A stretch of DNA of 64,000 bases. Source: Pseudovirgaria hyperparasitica (taxonomy: Eukaryota). Location of the stretch: the NCBI GenBank assembly GCA_010093815.1, contig ML996580.1. One strand, given 5' to 3'. The notes under the pieces are model-generated. The model ran no database searches. It saw only the letters and a program-made list of their open reading frames with translations, and was not told the origin of the DNA. This document shows positions 12,482-24,895 of this stretch, in pieces. Made by a program: the position numbers and the translations under genes. Each line of letters starts with the position of its first letter. Position 1 is the first letter of the stretch.

Positions 12482-14110
12482 TTATTCCATCTCAATAGTT
12501 CCAGGAGGCTTGCTGGTCACATCGTAGACCACACGGCACACGCCGTCGATCTCGTTGACGATCCTGCGGCTGACCCTCTTAAGGAACTCTCCGTCAAAGG
12601 GATACCAATCCGCAGTCATGAAGTCAGTAGTCTCAACCGCGCGGAGAGCGATGACTTGGGCGTGAACACGCTGGTCGCCCATCACACCAACTGCTTTGAC
12701 AGGCAAAAGTGCAGCAAAAGCCTGACTGATCTTACGGTAGAGACCGGCTTTCTTGATCTCCTCGATGAAAATGTAGTCCGCTTCGCGAGCGATGCGGACT
12801 TGCTCAGGGGTAACTTCTCCTAGAATGCGGACTGCGATACCCGGACCTGGAAATGGATGTCGCCACACGAGTTCTTCTGGTATGCCGAGTTTGGTTCCGA
12901 GAACGCGGACTTCATCTTTGAAGAGCTCCCGTAGTGGTTCAATGAGCTTAAGATGCATGCCCTCTAATAGCCCACCGACGTTGTGATGAGTCTTGATGGT
13001 AGCGCTTGGGCCTTTGAAGGAGATGCTCTCGATGACATCGGGGTAAAGTGTGCCCTGTAGAAGCCACTCGATCTCGCCAGCTCTGGATGTGTTCTGGGCT
13101 TCTTGTGCGATCCTCTTTGCCTCTTCTTGGAAAACCTCGATGAAAGTGTTTCCAATTACTTTGCGCTTTTTCTCTGGATCGTCTGTGATGCCCTTCAGAC
13201 GGCCAAGGAAGCGCTCACTAGCATCAATGACGGTTAGGTTGATGCCAAGATGTTTTGTGAGGGTCTCCTTCACAGTCTGTGCCTCGTTGAGACGGAGGAC
13301 ACCATTGTCGACAAGAATTGCGTGGAACCTGTCTCCAATGGCCTCTTGCATGAGCTTGGCAGCAACAGTCGAGTCCACACCTCCACTGACTGCACCTATT
13401 ACCTGACCCTTCTCGCCAACTAGGTTGCGGATGCGCTGAATCTCTTGATCAACAAACTTCCCCATAGTCCAGTCAGTCTTGGCTTTACAGATACCGAGCG
13501 CAAAGTTTTTGAGGACTTCGGTCCCCCGGGGAGTGTGAGTCACCTCCGGGTGAAACTGAATGCCGTAAAACTCTTTCTCTGTGTGAGCGATACCAGCGAA
13601 TGGTGCATTCGCGGTAGTGGCTATCGTGACGAACTTGGGAGGAAGCTGTGCAAGCTTGTCTCCATGAGACATCCAGACTTCCATATCATTTTCCAGCCCT
13701 GTGAACAGCGCATCAACGTGCGCTGCCTCCGACGTGTGCCTCTGCACATTCAGATTCGCATGTCCGTACTCTTTCTTCTCGCCAGCAACAACGTTCTTTC
13801 CGTGGTGCCACGCCAGCATCTGCAACCCGTAGCATATTCCAAGTACTGGTACTCCTAGCTCAAAGACAGCGGGGTCAACATGAGGAGCACCGTCTGCATA
13901 GACGGAGTAAGGACTGCCGGATAGAATGACACCCTTTGGACTCCAGGACAGCTCGGCCAGCTTCTGAGTACATGGAAGCATCTCCGAGTAGACATTGAGC
14001 TCACGAAGTCGTCGCGTGATGAGGTGGGAGTATTGTGAGCCGAAATCGAGCACCAAGATGGTGTCGAAGGTCTTGTTCGGCTCAAGCGCAAGGTCGCCGT
14101 TGGACGTCAT
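12482..14110 (-). CDS. GUA1: GMP synthase (glutamine-hydrolysing)
   Basis: Motifs [44 protein letters not shown] and [10 protein letters not shown]. Intronless; first ATG at 14110 (MTSNGD). Confidence 0.97.
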   Translation of the reverse strand: MTSNGDLALEPNKTFDTILVLDFGSQYSHLITRRLRELNVYSEMLPCTQKLAELSWSPKGVILSGSPYSVYADGAPHVDPAVFELGVPVLGICYGLQMLAWHHGKNVVAGEKKEYGHANLNVQRHTSEAAHVDALFTGLENDMEVWMSHGDKLAQLPPKFVTIATTANAPFAGIAHTEKEFYGIQFHPEVTHTPRGTEVLKNFALGICKAKTDWTMGKFVDQEIQRIRNLVGEKGQVIGAVSGGVDSTVAAKLMQEAIGDRFHAILVDNGVLRLNEAQTVKETLTKHLGINLTVIDASERFLGRLKGITDDPEKKRKVIGNTFIEVFQEEAKRIAQEAQNTSRAGEIEWLLQGTLYPDVIESISFKGPSATIKTHHNVGGLLEGMHLKLIEPLRELFKDEVRVLGTKLGIPEELVWRHPFPGPGIAVRILGEVTPEQVRIAREADYIFIEEIKKAGLYRKISQAFAALLPVKAVGVMGDQRVHAQVIALRAVETTDFMTADWYPFDGEFLKRVSRRIVNEIDGVCRVVYDVTSKPPGTIEME

Positions 14111-14436
14111 TTTTGGCGCGAAGGACTTATACAATTGATAGACGAAACCTAAGGGCAGGACGCGAAAAGTGCTTGAGGTGGGCGCGTCGCAACAAATTTT
14201 TGTGGAGGGGCAGCGGAGAGATACCTGAAGCTTAGTGCGCTCGTAGGGCTGAAAAAGTTCGAGTCTAGCTTCAAATTTGACCCCACACACTTAGATTCCA
14301 GTGAAACACAATCATTTGCTAGATAGATACCGTAAACACACAAGATCTTGAAACATTTACTGAACAGAGCATTCTGATTCACCAGTAAAGACACCACACC
14401 ACCGCAAACTTTCAAAGACCTCAATTAGACTACAGG

Positions 14437-15403
14437 ATGTCGAAGCGCAAGGAAGTCAACGGCGATGCGCCGGGCAAGAGGAAGAAGAATGACGATGAAG
14501 AAAGCGACGAGGCTCGTAGACCCTCCAGATGCGTACATGATGTGTAACTAATAAAGTTGCAGGACATGGAAGACATCCTCAACGTCGACTTTGAGTGGTT
14601 CGATCCGCAACCAGAGATAGACTTTCACGGTCTCAAGACATTGATGCGACAGTTGTTCGATGTTGACAACCAATTGTTCGACCTGTCCGCGCTGGCAGAC
14701 CTCATCCTCTCACAGCCACTTCTCGGTTCAACCGTAAAATGTGACGGCAACGAGTCCGATCCATACGCATTCCTCACAATCTTAAACCTACAAACACACA
14801 AGGTGCGATCAATAACACCGCCATCCGTTGCCAAGCTCTAACGTTTCCCAGGACAAACCTGTCATTCAAGAGCTCACCAAATACCTGACCTCAAAATCCT
14901 CAAACAGCTCACTATCACAACTTCCCGAACTATTGTCCCCCACCTCGAGCGCACAAGTCGGGCTCATCCTCACAGAGCGCTTCATAAACGTTCCCTCGGA
15001 GGTGTCACCAGGCATGTACAAATGCCTTCTTGAAGAGATCCAATGGGCACTGGAAGAGAAGGAACCATACGAGTTTTCGCATTACCTCGTAGCCTCGAAG
15101 GTATACACCGAAGTAGAATCAAAACTCGACCAAGAAGACGATCGACCTACGAAGAAGAAGCGAAAGGATGGTGCGGCATCGGAGCTCTTCTATTTCCACC
15201 CAGAGGACGAAGTCCTGCATAAACACGCCATCGGCCACCATACATACGACTACACAAAGCAAGGCGACGAGGGAGCATCGGATTCGAAGCGCGCATTCTC
15301 GGAGATGGGTGTGAAACCACAAGGTCATATGATCTTGATAGAAGCGGCGAAATTCAAGGCCGCTGTCGAGGCTGTCGAAAGCTATCTGCAGCCATCGACA
15401 TAG
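14437..15403 (+). CDS. BCP1: BCP1/BCCIP family protein (60S biogenesis, Mss4 nuclear export)
   Basis: Motifs [35 protein letters not shown] and YFHPEDE. Introns 14512-14562 (GC-AG) and 14803-14851. Confidence 0.92.
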
Positions 15404-16467
15404 AGTAGACATGTAAAATAACTAGCCTGAAGACAATTTGGTCTATAATTTCTGACTCGCTACTATCTCGGCTCCATTGTGAAATGGGAGATGAAGTGCA
15501 TGATATTGCTGCATCCAGCTATGGCAATCCCACAAAACCATCAAGCACCACGACAGATGCGGCATACCACTTACATTTGACACGCGCAGAACAGCATTCG
15601 CGGCACTTCCCTACTTCAAACTTAACATTGCAATAACAACTAGATCAGAAATACCTTCGCAAAAAAACCCCCCAACCCTCAAGCCCATTCCCATCCAATC
15701 CATGCTACCAGACTACCGACTCGCCAAAATGTGTGCAAAAGCAGTGTTCCATTCGCCCTTTTCCCTTACGACACACTCAACTCACAAAAGTCGCTACCGC
15801 GAAAAATTGCTCCATCCTTCCCTTCATATTGAGATTGATTGATGATGGGAGATACTAAACTTACATGCATCATACCACCACTAGCTAGGTAGTTAGGATA
15901 CAGCTCAGCGATTTCAATTTACATTTAGTTCATATATAGGGTATAACATGACGAACTCGCGTAGAACTACCGGAGCTTCCGCCGAGTAGAAGTTACTCTA
16001 CTATGGTGATTGCGCAGAACCGTCGTTGTTCTGAGCGAACAGTACTTTCACACGTTAACTATCACGCAGAATCACCAGTTAGTTGGCTATCTAGTCGCCG
16101 GTCTGCAGCACAAGAACATCGTCTGTAGACTTTATACGAGCAGCTATGATGGAAGCATCACCTCGACCTGTGTCACATATATAGAAATAAAGCACTCCAG
16201 ATACGTAGAACTGTGATAGTCTAGACTGATTACCTAAAATCAAAGCTGCATCTGACCGCTGGGACTGCAGACTAATGACACGATCATGAAAATTTCATAT
16301 CAGGCAGATAGGTAAGTGTCGTATCAGACCAATGACTATTGTGATTTGGGTATCATCATTTCTAACAAAACAAACAAAACCACCAACTCCAACGCTAAAA
16401 TCATGACCCCATGCCTCCATCCCCAGACAAGACAGCCACACAACTTCTTCAGTATCCCCAAAGAGAC

Positions 16468-18302
16468 CTACAGGGCCTTCCACTTCCCAGTAAGCCTACG
16501 CTCCCGAGCGGGGCTCGTGGTGGCACTCTCAAGCTTGCCACGCACACAGACGTAGCTGTACTGGGTCTTGAGATCCGCGCTGATCAGCACGTTCTCAAAG
16601 ATTGGAAGGCAACGCCTCTTCTTGAGGAGGCGACACCAGGTGTCCCGCAGCTTCTTCGGGTAGGCCACTGGGGCAAAGTCCAGCACCAGGTCCGTGACGT
16701 TCCAGAACGCCGCGTTTTGCAGGCTCTGGCAAATGCGTCTGCAGAGCATGTCCACGGCGGGTGCGTCGTTGTAGATCATGTTCATCATCAACTCGCACCC
16801 GCCGACGATGATGCGGAGCTTGGCCCCGTCCAGTACCGGGCAGCCCGCCCACATGTCGTCTTCACGACTCCAGTTGACCTCTGTCACTGTGAGATTGGCA
16901 TAGCCATCTTTGGACATGGTCAACGTCCCATTAGGGACATTTCCTTCTGGGAGCTTCTCCTCCCCAGCCTATACATAGTTAGAACCTTGAAACCTTCTGT
17001 TGGCTATCCCGAAAGTAGAGTGTGTACTTACCATGAGTGGCTCAACATTCTGCCGGGCAGCCGGGACAGGAGCCGGCTGCGTTACCGGGGTATACATAGC
17101 TGGGGCTTGGAAGCCCGTATACCCCATGCCAGTTCTCCCATGGCCCTGGGTCCTGGGTCCAATAAGCCCCCGAGGGCCCTGTTGGACAGCAGGAAACTGA
17201 GTGCCCTGTTGCCAGGGGCGTGACTGAACACCCATACCCTGGGCTGGGCCATTCAGAGGCTGGCCCGTGAACGGGCAGAACCGCGGACCAGCGCCGTACG
17301 GGAGCGGCACATTCCTTGACTGGCCGTAGCCAAAGGCACCAACCTGCGGGTTGATGGCCACATTGGCCGGAAACCCAGCCACCTGGGATGCCATCCCCGG
17401 GTATACCAGCCCGGTACGCATAGGCGCCGGGTTTGCAGGCGCCTGAGGCGTAGGCGCCGGGACGACAGGCGCCGGGATGGTGGGCGCCGGAGGAGTCTAA
17501 AACCACGCATTAGCACACATAATCCGTGATAGCTAATGGAACAGAACTTACCGGAACCAGACTCCGGTCAGCGGACCCGAGGTCCGTATTCGTCAGAAGC
17601 CTATCAAATAGGCCATGGTCATCGTCGGTGAACGACGGCAACTCTCCCAGAGCCTGCAAATTCTACGTTAGAACGTCGAATTCAAATGTGTCTAATGAAG
17701 CAGAACTTACAGATCCCCAAGGCTCTAGGGCGAGAGCGGCGTGGTCGTCCGCCACTGACGTTTCAAGCTGGGTGTCCGTACCGTTTGCCCAACTTTGCTG
17801 CTCCTGTCGAGCCTAGTACATGGGTATCAGTATAGTAGGTTTGAAATATCTCCAACAGAGGAAACCTACAGATCTCACAGCCGCTGGGTGAGCAGCGGCA
17901 GCTTCCTCCACCGACATCCCCTGAGTTGGGATGTCTACAGCGGTTTCCCCGTTCTGTTCCTCGCCCAGAACCTGGCATATCTGTGTCAGCATAGCACATA
18001 AGGCACGGATCTGGCAGCTCAAACTCACAGGGGCCACAGTCTGCACGCCAGCATTGGCGGCTTCGTCTGGCGACGCCAACGCCAGCGTGGTGTCTGAAAT
18101 GTGAGCCGCGTTTGGCGGCTCATCCTCAGCCTGTTAGACGCGTGTTAGCGTGCCATTTGGGGAAGTTAAGAACAATGAAACTTACAACTGGTGTGCTGAA
18201 CCTGTGACGACCCGCCCCTTCCGGGGTTGGGTCCTCGTCGTTGACCCAGTCGTTCATATTGAACGCAGGGTCCTCACCATCGTATACATCTACTGTATAC
18301 AT
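16468..18302 (-). CDS. Six-exon orphan protein (~512 aa): acidic / Pro-Gly-Gln-rich disordered N-terminal part plus a C-terminal globular-looking domain
   Basis: Exons 18302-18186, 18130-17879, 17812-17711, 17653-17552, 17496-17032 and 16968-16468 splice without stops through five canonical introns of 55-66 nt. CACCACCATG start context. Confidence 0.8.
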
Positions 18303-18325
18303 GGTGGTGTGTAAAAAAGAGAGCT

Positions 18326-18409
18326 ACGTGAGCAGTGCAAACTGCTTGAAGCCGAGAAAGGGAGAGAGAGGGAAGAGAAGCCACGTGAGCAGGGTAAACT
18401 GCTTGAAGC
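18326..18409. repeat. 27-bp imperfect direct repeat; each copy can form a hairpin
   Basis: ACGTGAGCAGTGCAAACTGCTTGAAGC (18326-18352) vs ACGTGAGCAGGGTAAACTGCTTGAAGC (18383-18409), 25/27 identical. Confidence 0.9.
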
Positions 18410-21400
18410 TGCAAGGAGGAGCGGAGAGTAGAGATCTTTGTTCTAGACAAGATCAATTCGAGCCACTTTACAGAAGGTAAAATATGCACAGGGGAGGTGG
18501 TACTATTTAAATTAAATTTTTCGTTGCAGAGTCCGAAGCATCCGCGAGAATTTTACGGTGACTGGTTTGTCTACGTGTAGACCTACAGACCATTCCGTGG
18601 TAGGAGAGTGAAAAATTTGTGAACTAGCGACATCCATGGTGCTATCGCAAACAAAAAACCATAGATCCAGCTCTTGAGCCTGTGTCGGGACCAAGCGGGA
18701 ATGCGTTTCGTTGGTAGTTGACGAAGGGGTGGGTCCACGTAAAAGGGGGGAGTTGTTCAGAGCGCGTCTTCGGATAGCTGTCGGATCTGGCGACGCTATT
18801 GAAGAACCAGCAGTCGCATCAGGCTGAAGCTGGTCATGGCGACAGTGATGCGTTTTCTGTTTCTTATGGAGAATAAATGATATGAATACTAATAAATGTT
18901 AATGAGGGACAGAATTGGTGGACTCTCGAGATCCGAGAATTTGCAGAGGAACATTGTACATAGACCATGAATACTGCTGCGCTCTCCGATAAGTATGGAG
19001 CCACCATCCATAGCTATCAATGAAGGCCTTGACGGCCACATCACAGGGAGTATAGTGAAGTCAGTCATGTCGATTGCGGGTCTAATGGCGAACGAGCCTC
19101 TGTCGACGAGGATATCCACGGGTGCGTTGACGAAACCTTTCACGATCACGAAGCCGACAATTGCCGGTGGAATTCTGCTCTCTAGGACATACGACTGGCG
19201 CGACATACGCAACTTAGGGATTGTAAGCAGCTACGATGCGTCTTGACACCCGTATTCATCTTACTGCAAGAGCTGTCTGGCGGCCAGAGCAATCCGAAAG
19301 CTGTAATACGCAGTGTAATGCCACGACTGACCTATCCTATAAACAGGACCCATGGGTTGTGTGCGTAGGTAGGTGGTAGTGTGGGCTGCGAGACCGAAGG
19401 TAGAGACGCCGCGGGAGGTCGAGGATCTAGCGCATGGTACGTTACGTGTATTCGATACTGAGGATGGTGAGTCAAAGGATATGATGAATTCTTTGCGCAG
19501 GGCGCTAGCAGTGCGATGAGCCATGGCCGACCTAGCGATGATGGTGGTCGTATGTTGAATGACTGCGTAGATTGGCCACAAGCATAGTAGTAAGACGGAG
19601 GACCAGAACCTAGAGTAGATGCTGCGCAAGCAAGACAAACAGTTAGACTCGAAGACTGTATTGGTGTACGGGTGGAGGTGGGCATTGATCTGGCGCCTCA
19701 ATCAGCGTGAATGTGCAAGATTTAAGGGGTAAGGTGGCCGCCCCTTCCAGCTCCCAGCATGGCAACTTTGCTTCGTGCTTGCGCTCTGTGACATGATCAG
19801 CGTTGTTACGCGGTCAAGATGCGCGAAGTATGCGTAAAATGATAATAACAAAGACTAAGTTGCGAATAGAAGTTCCGCTCAAAGGCAGGAATTTGCAATT
19901 ATGTCAATCCGATTGATGATGCTTTACTATGCTCGCCATTCCCCTCTCCTCCCTCCCGTTTCCTCTGCGCATCCTACAGAGGTTCGAAAGGTTCAAGGAA
20001 GCTCAGACTAATGCCACTGCAAGCTGTAAAGCATCACCACCGAAAAGCAGTAAATCATGCCACGTACCTTAAGAAAGCCGGTATTCATGGCGCGGAATCC
20101 TCACTTTCAGGCCTCACACCTCCACTGCCAAGCCTTCTCGTTTCGCCCTCTTATGTCACGATCGGTGTCCTTACGCACACTCAGTAGCGCGAAGCACTTC
20201 GATAGCGTAGAGTTCTCTCCCATGGCTCAAGTAAGGTCACGGCTACCCACGACAATGTAATGGCAACTGTGCAAAGATTGCAGACCACCAGACCTGCGAC
20301 TCTGTGGGAAGGACTAAGTGTGTGAACATCGCGTTATTTGGGGATCGATTGCTGTGTGACTAGAGTGAGCCTTTCTCCAGTTCTGATACTTCAAATCGTA
20401 GTATATGTGCGCGACCATAGCGACATAACGAGCATGCATCCCTTCCGCGCCATAAGTCGTAGCGAGGGAGGCATTTCGTACTAGACTATCCTCCCTTGAG
20501 CAACATCTCTAAGCTGCAATTGACTTCCATAGACGTGGACACACTCTCCTTTCTCGAATATTTTTTTTTTCATTGCTGAACGATACTCGTGGACGGACCG
20601 CTTCCTCGGAAGCCTCGAATGCCTGAGGCCTTTCACGCCCGGTATGCTACTCTCTTTTCCCCCTAGCTCTTTCCATAATGTCTTAAAGTCTGCTCTTGCC
20701 CCTTCCGGTCGCCGCAGTGTGCCGGCATGAGGTGTGCGCCCAAGTAGTCTACGCACCTTCCTTTATAATCTGGCCTTCTCTCCTTTCCACAGCTCCAAGA
20801 CGACGTTTCTCACACACATCTGCCACGATTATCTTGTTCTCATCCTACACATCTTTTGAGCAGACATGAGGTCTGTCGCTTGGTGTCTGGATGCTCGTCA
20901 ATCTTTAGCCAACGAATGGCTCTCATAATGGGGCGGTCGGGTGTTTTTTTGAAGGGAAGTGGCCTTCGGCGATGTCACACCAGTCTATGTTATACACATG
21001 AAATTAACATACGTACAGCATGTCGGCTCTGCGTCCCTACTTCGTTCTTGGACTCGTCGAATCATCTCTATGGACTCCCACCACCGAGGTGTTTTGAGAG
21101 TACACGGCAGATGCCATGGATAGATCTCCTCATCGATATCTTAGACCGGCAGTATTCCTTTCAGCGACGTGCCAGAGTATCACCGCTGCAATGACACCCT
21201 GTTGTCCCGACCTGGCGATTACTCGATGGACATCAACACAGGAGCTGGGGCTCAGAGTCGTGTTCATTGTTGTGGCAACCTCACCGGCAAGAGCGTGATA
21301 CTGCAGGCCATGGCGTGTTTTGTGGTCTGGACTCCAATGTACTGTAGAGTCAATCATCTACTCTGCTAACAATAAGGTCAATCATCCGGCTGAATTGCGA

Positions 21401-22989
21401 TGTCCGACTCATACCATGATTTTGGAGGCGTAGGCCACTTGTCTGTAGGAGATAAGGGACGTGAGAGGCATGTCAAGGATCTTGGTGTGCTTCGTAGTAG
21501 AGAGATTCCTTCGCTATGGTCAGCCACTTCAAACGTAGACGGAGAACTGTGCTCTTTGGACAGAAAAATATGGTGTTTGTCCAGGTGATACGCTCATTCA
21601 AAACAATCAGAAAGATAAGGACGTCAATATATAAGGCAGTGGAATTTTGAAACACAATATCTTGTTAGCATATCTGTAGACCGGATCACAACGGAGTAGT
21701 AAGATCCCATGGCAACTATCTCCTAACAGCAGCCGGAAGTAATGCATCAGATAGTATACACCAAAACACCATGGTAGAGGTTATAGCTATAGATGACTAC
21801 TATCCTAGATACGCCGCATTGCAGTAACCTGCGAGAATCCCGTGGAAACAACTCTTTGAGTAAGTTGCGCAACCAAGCTTTGTTTGATCGTGGTTCATAA
21901 GTGGCCGGTGCGGATATCTGAACACCATACAAGCTGCTGGTGTACCAGACAAGACATGCAGTCAGTTCTCAGAAGGCATATGGCATTGAGAGTCTTGTTT
22001 GCCGCCTGATGCCGCTGCACTGGGCGGCGGATACTCCAGCTGCGCGTTATGGGTCGACCCTAACTCTCTGGGAAGAAATTTTACTGCTTTGTTCATGTTG
22101 AGCTCAGCCCAGCCATGGAGTAGCCGTGCAGTATGCCAGTATCCAGGTCAATCCTGACTACTTCCCGGACGAAAACCTGGCCAAACTGCTCCATTCTCTT
22201 GCTGCACATATATGGACTCGAAGTCTTCTTCCATCAATCCCACGTGCATCGTGTCGAAAAATTACGATCTTGTGGACCTTCGTATCCAAATGTCAGGTGA
22301 CATCCCAGCTTTTTTTCTCAAAGCTGTATGTTAAATGGAGTTCATGAGCTTCTGTACGACTTGTATACCTCGATGCGTCCTTATCAATTTGCACCTCTTC
22401 AGATTGTCTTAGGGTGGATGGGCGTAATCTGAGTTGGCGACTTGGCAGTCTCGATGCCAATCATGCAAACGAAATATCATTTGTGCGATGCCCAGGATTT
22501 TATTCGTTTGCGAAAAAAGGGGTTGAACTGTGGCTAGTGCGGCTGGGACCATAACACTAAGCCCCCAAATCCCGCCACAGTGCCGTGCAGGGATGGAGGC
22601 TCGGAAACGACGGGCCGCGCGCTAAGAAGCAACAACAAGCCCCTTGCATCACTTTTCTTGTTCTTCTCACTTCCTTCCGGAAGCCGAGGCAACAATAGCA
22701 ACGGCGTTTTCGAATCGTGGGGCAATGCATTGTGATATGACTGCTTCATTTCACCCATGAGTATCATGCGAGACAAATATTGAAAGCAAACCATAAGCCG
22801 TGATCGACAGGCCGCACTTGTTTACTACCACACCGTAGTTCAAGACTTGACCATGCGGCGCCTTAGACTCCGGCCGTAACAAACGGCTTCGCCTGCATGT
22901 TCCTCCGTCTTCCCCACAGGAAATCCGTTGACACCTTTTACGCCCGTGACACAACGTATCCTCTGTTCTTCCACATCCCGACCTGTATC

Positions 22990-23010
22990 TATATATATAT
23001 ATATATATAT
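22990..23010. repeat. (TA)n microsatellite
   Basis: Direct reading of the sequence. Confidence 0.95.
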
Positions 23011-23234
23011 GAGAAGCCTTCATTAATTATCCTAGCCCGCACGCGTCGTACCCGTATGTCTTGTCCACGGCCGACCTTTTACACTGACTCGGATAACTAA
23101 AGTCCGCACTTCTACCGTGTAAGACTGGAATATTTATTAGTCTCGTTACTCCTTTGTCGAGCCAGTCAACCTGTCGTCGTACAACAACAATCCAATTCAC
23201 CACACGTCTTGTCACTCAGAATCACATTATCAAC

Positions 23235-24463
23235 ATGGGCTTCAAGAGTCTCATTCCACCTAGCTCGGTTCGGCCTCTCACGCAGTCCGAGACGAACGAG
23301 AGAAAGAAGGTCTTCGGAGTCATCTCGACTCGTATGGTAGTCGTACGTCTCTGATGCATGTTTCAGCCTATATCATGATGCTGATACAACATAGCAACTC
23401 CGTGATGCACTCTCCATTTCATCATGGCTTGCCCTCGGCGCAATCCTCCAGTCCATTCTCTTTGTTACGTTCGGCCACCGCGCTTTCATTCCCGCAGTCG
23501 CCCTCATAGGCTTCCGCATGATCAACGCCTTTCTCATCACCGTGGGCGTCAAAGCCAATCTCGAAATGCAGAACACGATTCTGTCGAAATTCTCCGCTCA
23601 GATTCCCCAATCAGACGGCACGTTCAGTGGAAGGCCAGCGGACGGGGATGTGGTTGTTCTTAAGATTGGAGCCCGCACCGATCAGTAAGCTTCACCTTCC
23701 TTCCTTGTCCCTTGCTTTCGTGCGGTTGTCGACGAGGTCTCGCCACATGTGCCGCATCGGAAGATACAATGACGTCCTACCCGTTGCAACTTGTACTCCC
23801 CAACCGAACACTTTCTCCAATGTGGCAAAGTCATGCAAGGCACATCCTTGCATATCCATTACCATGCCCCAATACCCTACAGCCACGCTATAAGCACACA
23901 ACCGCGCGGCAGAGAAAACACCCGACTAACTCCATCCTAGCCCGCTCGGCCTGTTCGCCCCTGGCTTCAAAGTCCTTGGCGAGTACATGACAGCCATGCA
24001 AGCCTCCCTCGAAGCCCACGCGACACACTACTCCTACCTCGGCGGCACATCCTACTCCGGCATGGAGCGCGCCACCGGCAACGAATTCACCTACATCATG
24101 TACTTCAGCACCGTCGAGGGCGTGCACGCCTTCGCACACGACCCCTTGCACCGCGACGGCTGGGCCTGGTGGAGTAAGGCTGCTCACGACCACATCATGA
24201 TCTACCATGAGCTGTTCAGAAGCAGGCGTGGCGACTGGGAGGCCGTTTATTCGAATACTCGGCCGATTGGCTTGGCGGCGACGCGGTTTGAGGGGAAGAC
24301 GGGTGGTGGGACGGTGTTTTATAGTCCGGTTGTGGATGCGAATAGGGGGTTGTTGGCGACGAGTAGGGGCCGCATGAGTGGTATGGTAAGGGACGGGGAT
24401 CAGAAGTTGCATGATGACTTGAATCGGGGGACGAAGTATGAGGCAGAGAGGGCGGAAGTTTGA
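23235..24463 (+). CDS. DUF4188 / af470-like monooxygenase-family protein with N-terminal hydrophobic segments
   Basis: Exons 23235-23342, 23395-23684 and 23941-24463 give ...WLALGAILQ...VVVLKIGARTDHPLGLFAPGFK...MYFSTVEGVHAFAHDPLHRDGWAWW...IYHELF...WEAVYSNTRPIGL. Confidence 0.8.
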
Positions 24464-24895
24464 GTTGCTGATTGCGAATGATGAAACCGTTGGAGTTAGC
24501 GTTTAGGAGGGGGTTTGCATGGATCGGATGTGGCGTTTAGACAAGGGTGGCTTATGAGACCATGCCTCACGACTTCGAACGACTGAACGATTTATGCTTT
24601 ATGTTGACTCATCTTAGTCTTATCGTGTTAATCAGATACTCTAGTCCTATTCTAGCATTTCTGCTCTAGTCTCCTTTCAAGAATATCCTTGACAGATCTC
24701 TGCATGATGTAGCCACGTGCCAAGTACAAGCTTGATTGCAATATATCCCAACCACATCGGTTCCAAGATCTGAGCAAAATAGCCCAAAGCAGTCAGTCCC
24801 TCTCCAGATCATCGATGACTTCTCGACAACATCCGGTCCGAAATCCAACATATATCTCCCATAAGCGGTGTGATACATCTCTCCATCATCCGGTC

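Noticed and set aside
14111..14290. 60-aa GTG-initiated N-terminal extension of GUA1 in the ORF track
   Set aside because: Artefact of bacterial-style start calling; it runs through the promoter, and homology begins just after ATG 14110.
16411..17223. 270-aa plus-strand ORF
   Set aside because: Antisense shadow of the GC-rich spliced minus-strand orphan gene.
18326..18409. Repeat-spacer-repeat geometry (27/30/27 nt, palindromic repeat) resembling a mini-CRISPR
   Set aside because: Eukaryotic context, only two copies, low-complexity purine spacer, no cas genes.
20481..20851. Basic 91-aa minus-strand ORF
   Set aside because: GTG start, no family motif, no convincing splice partners.
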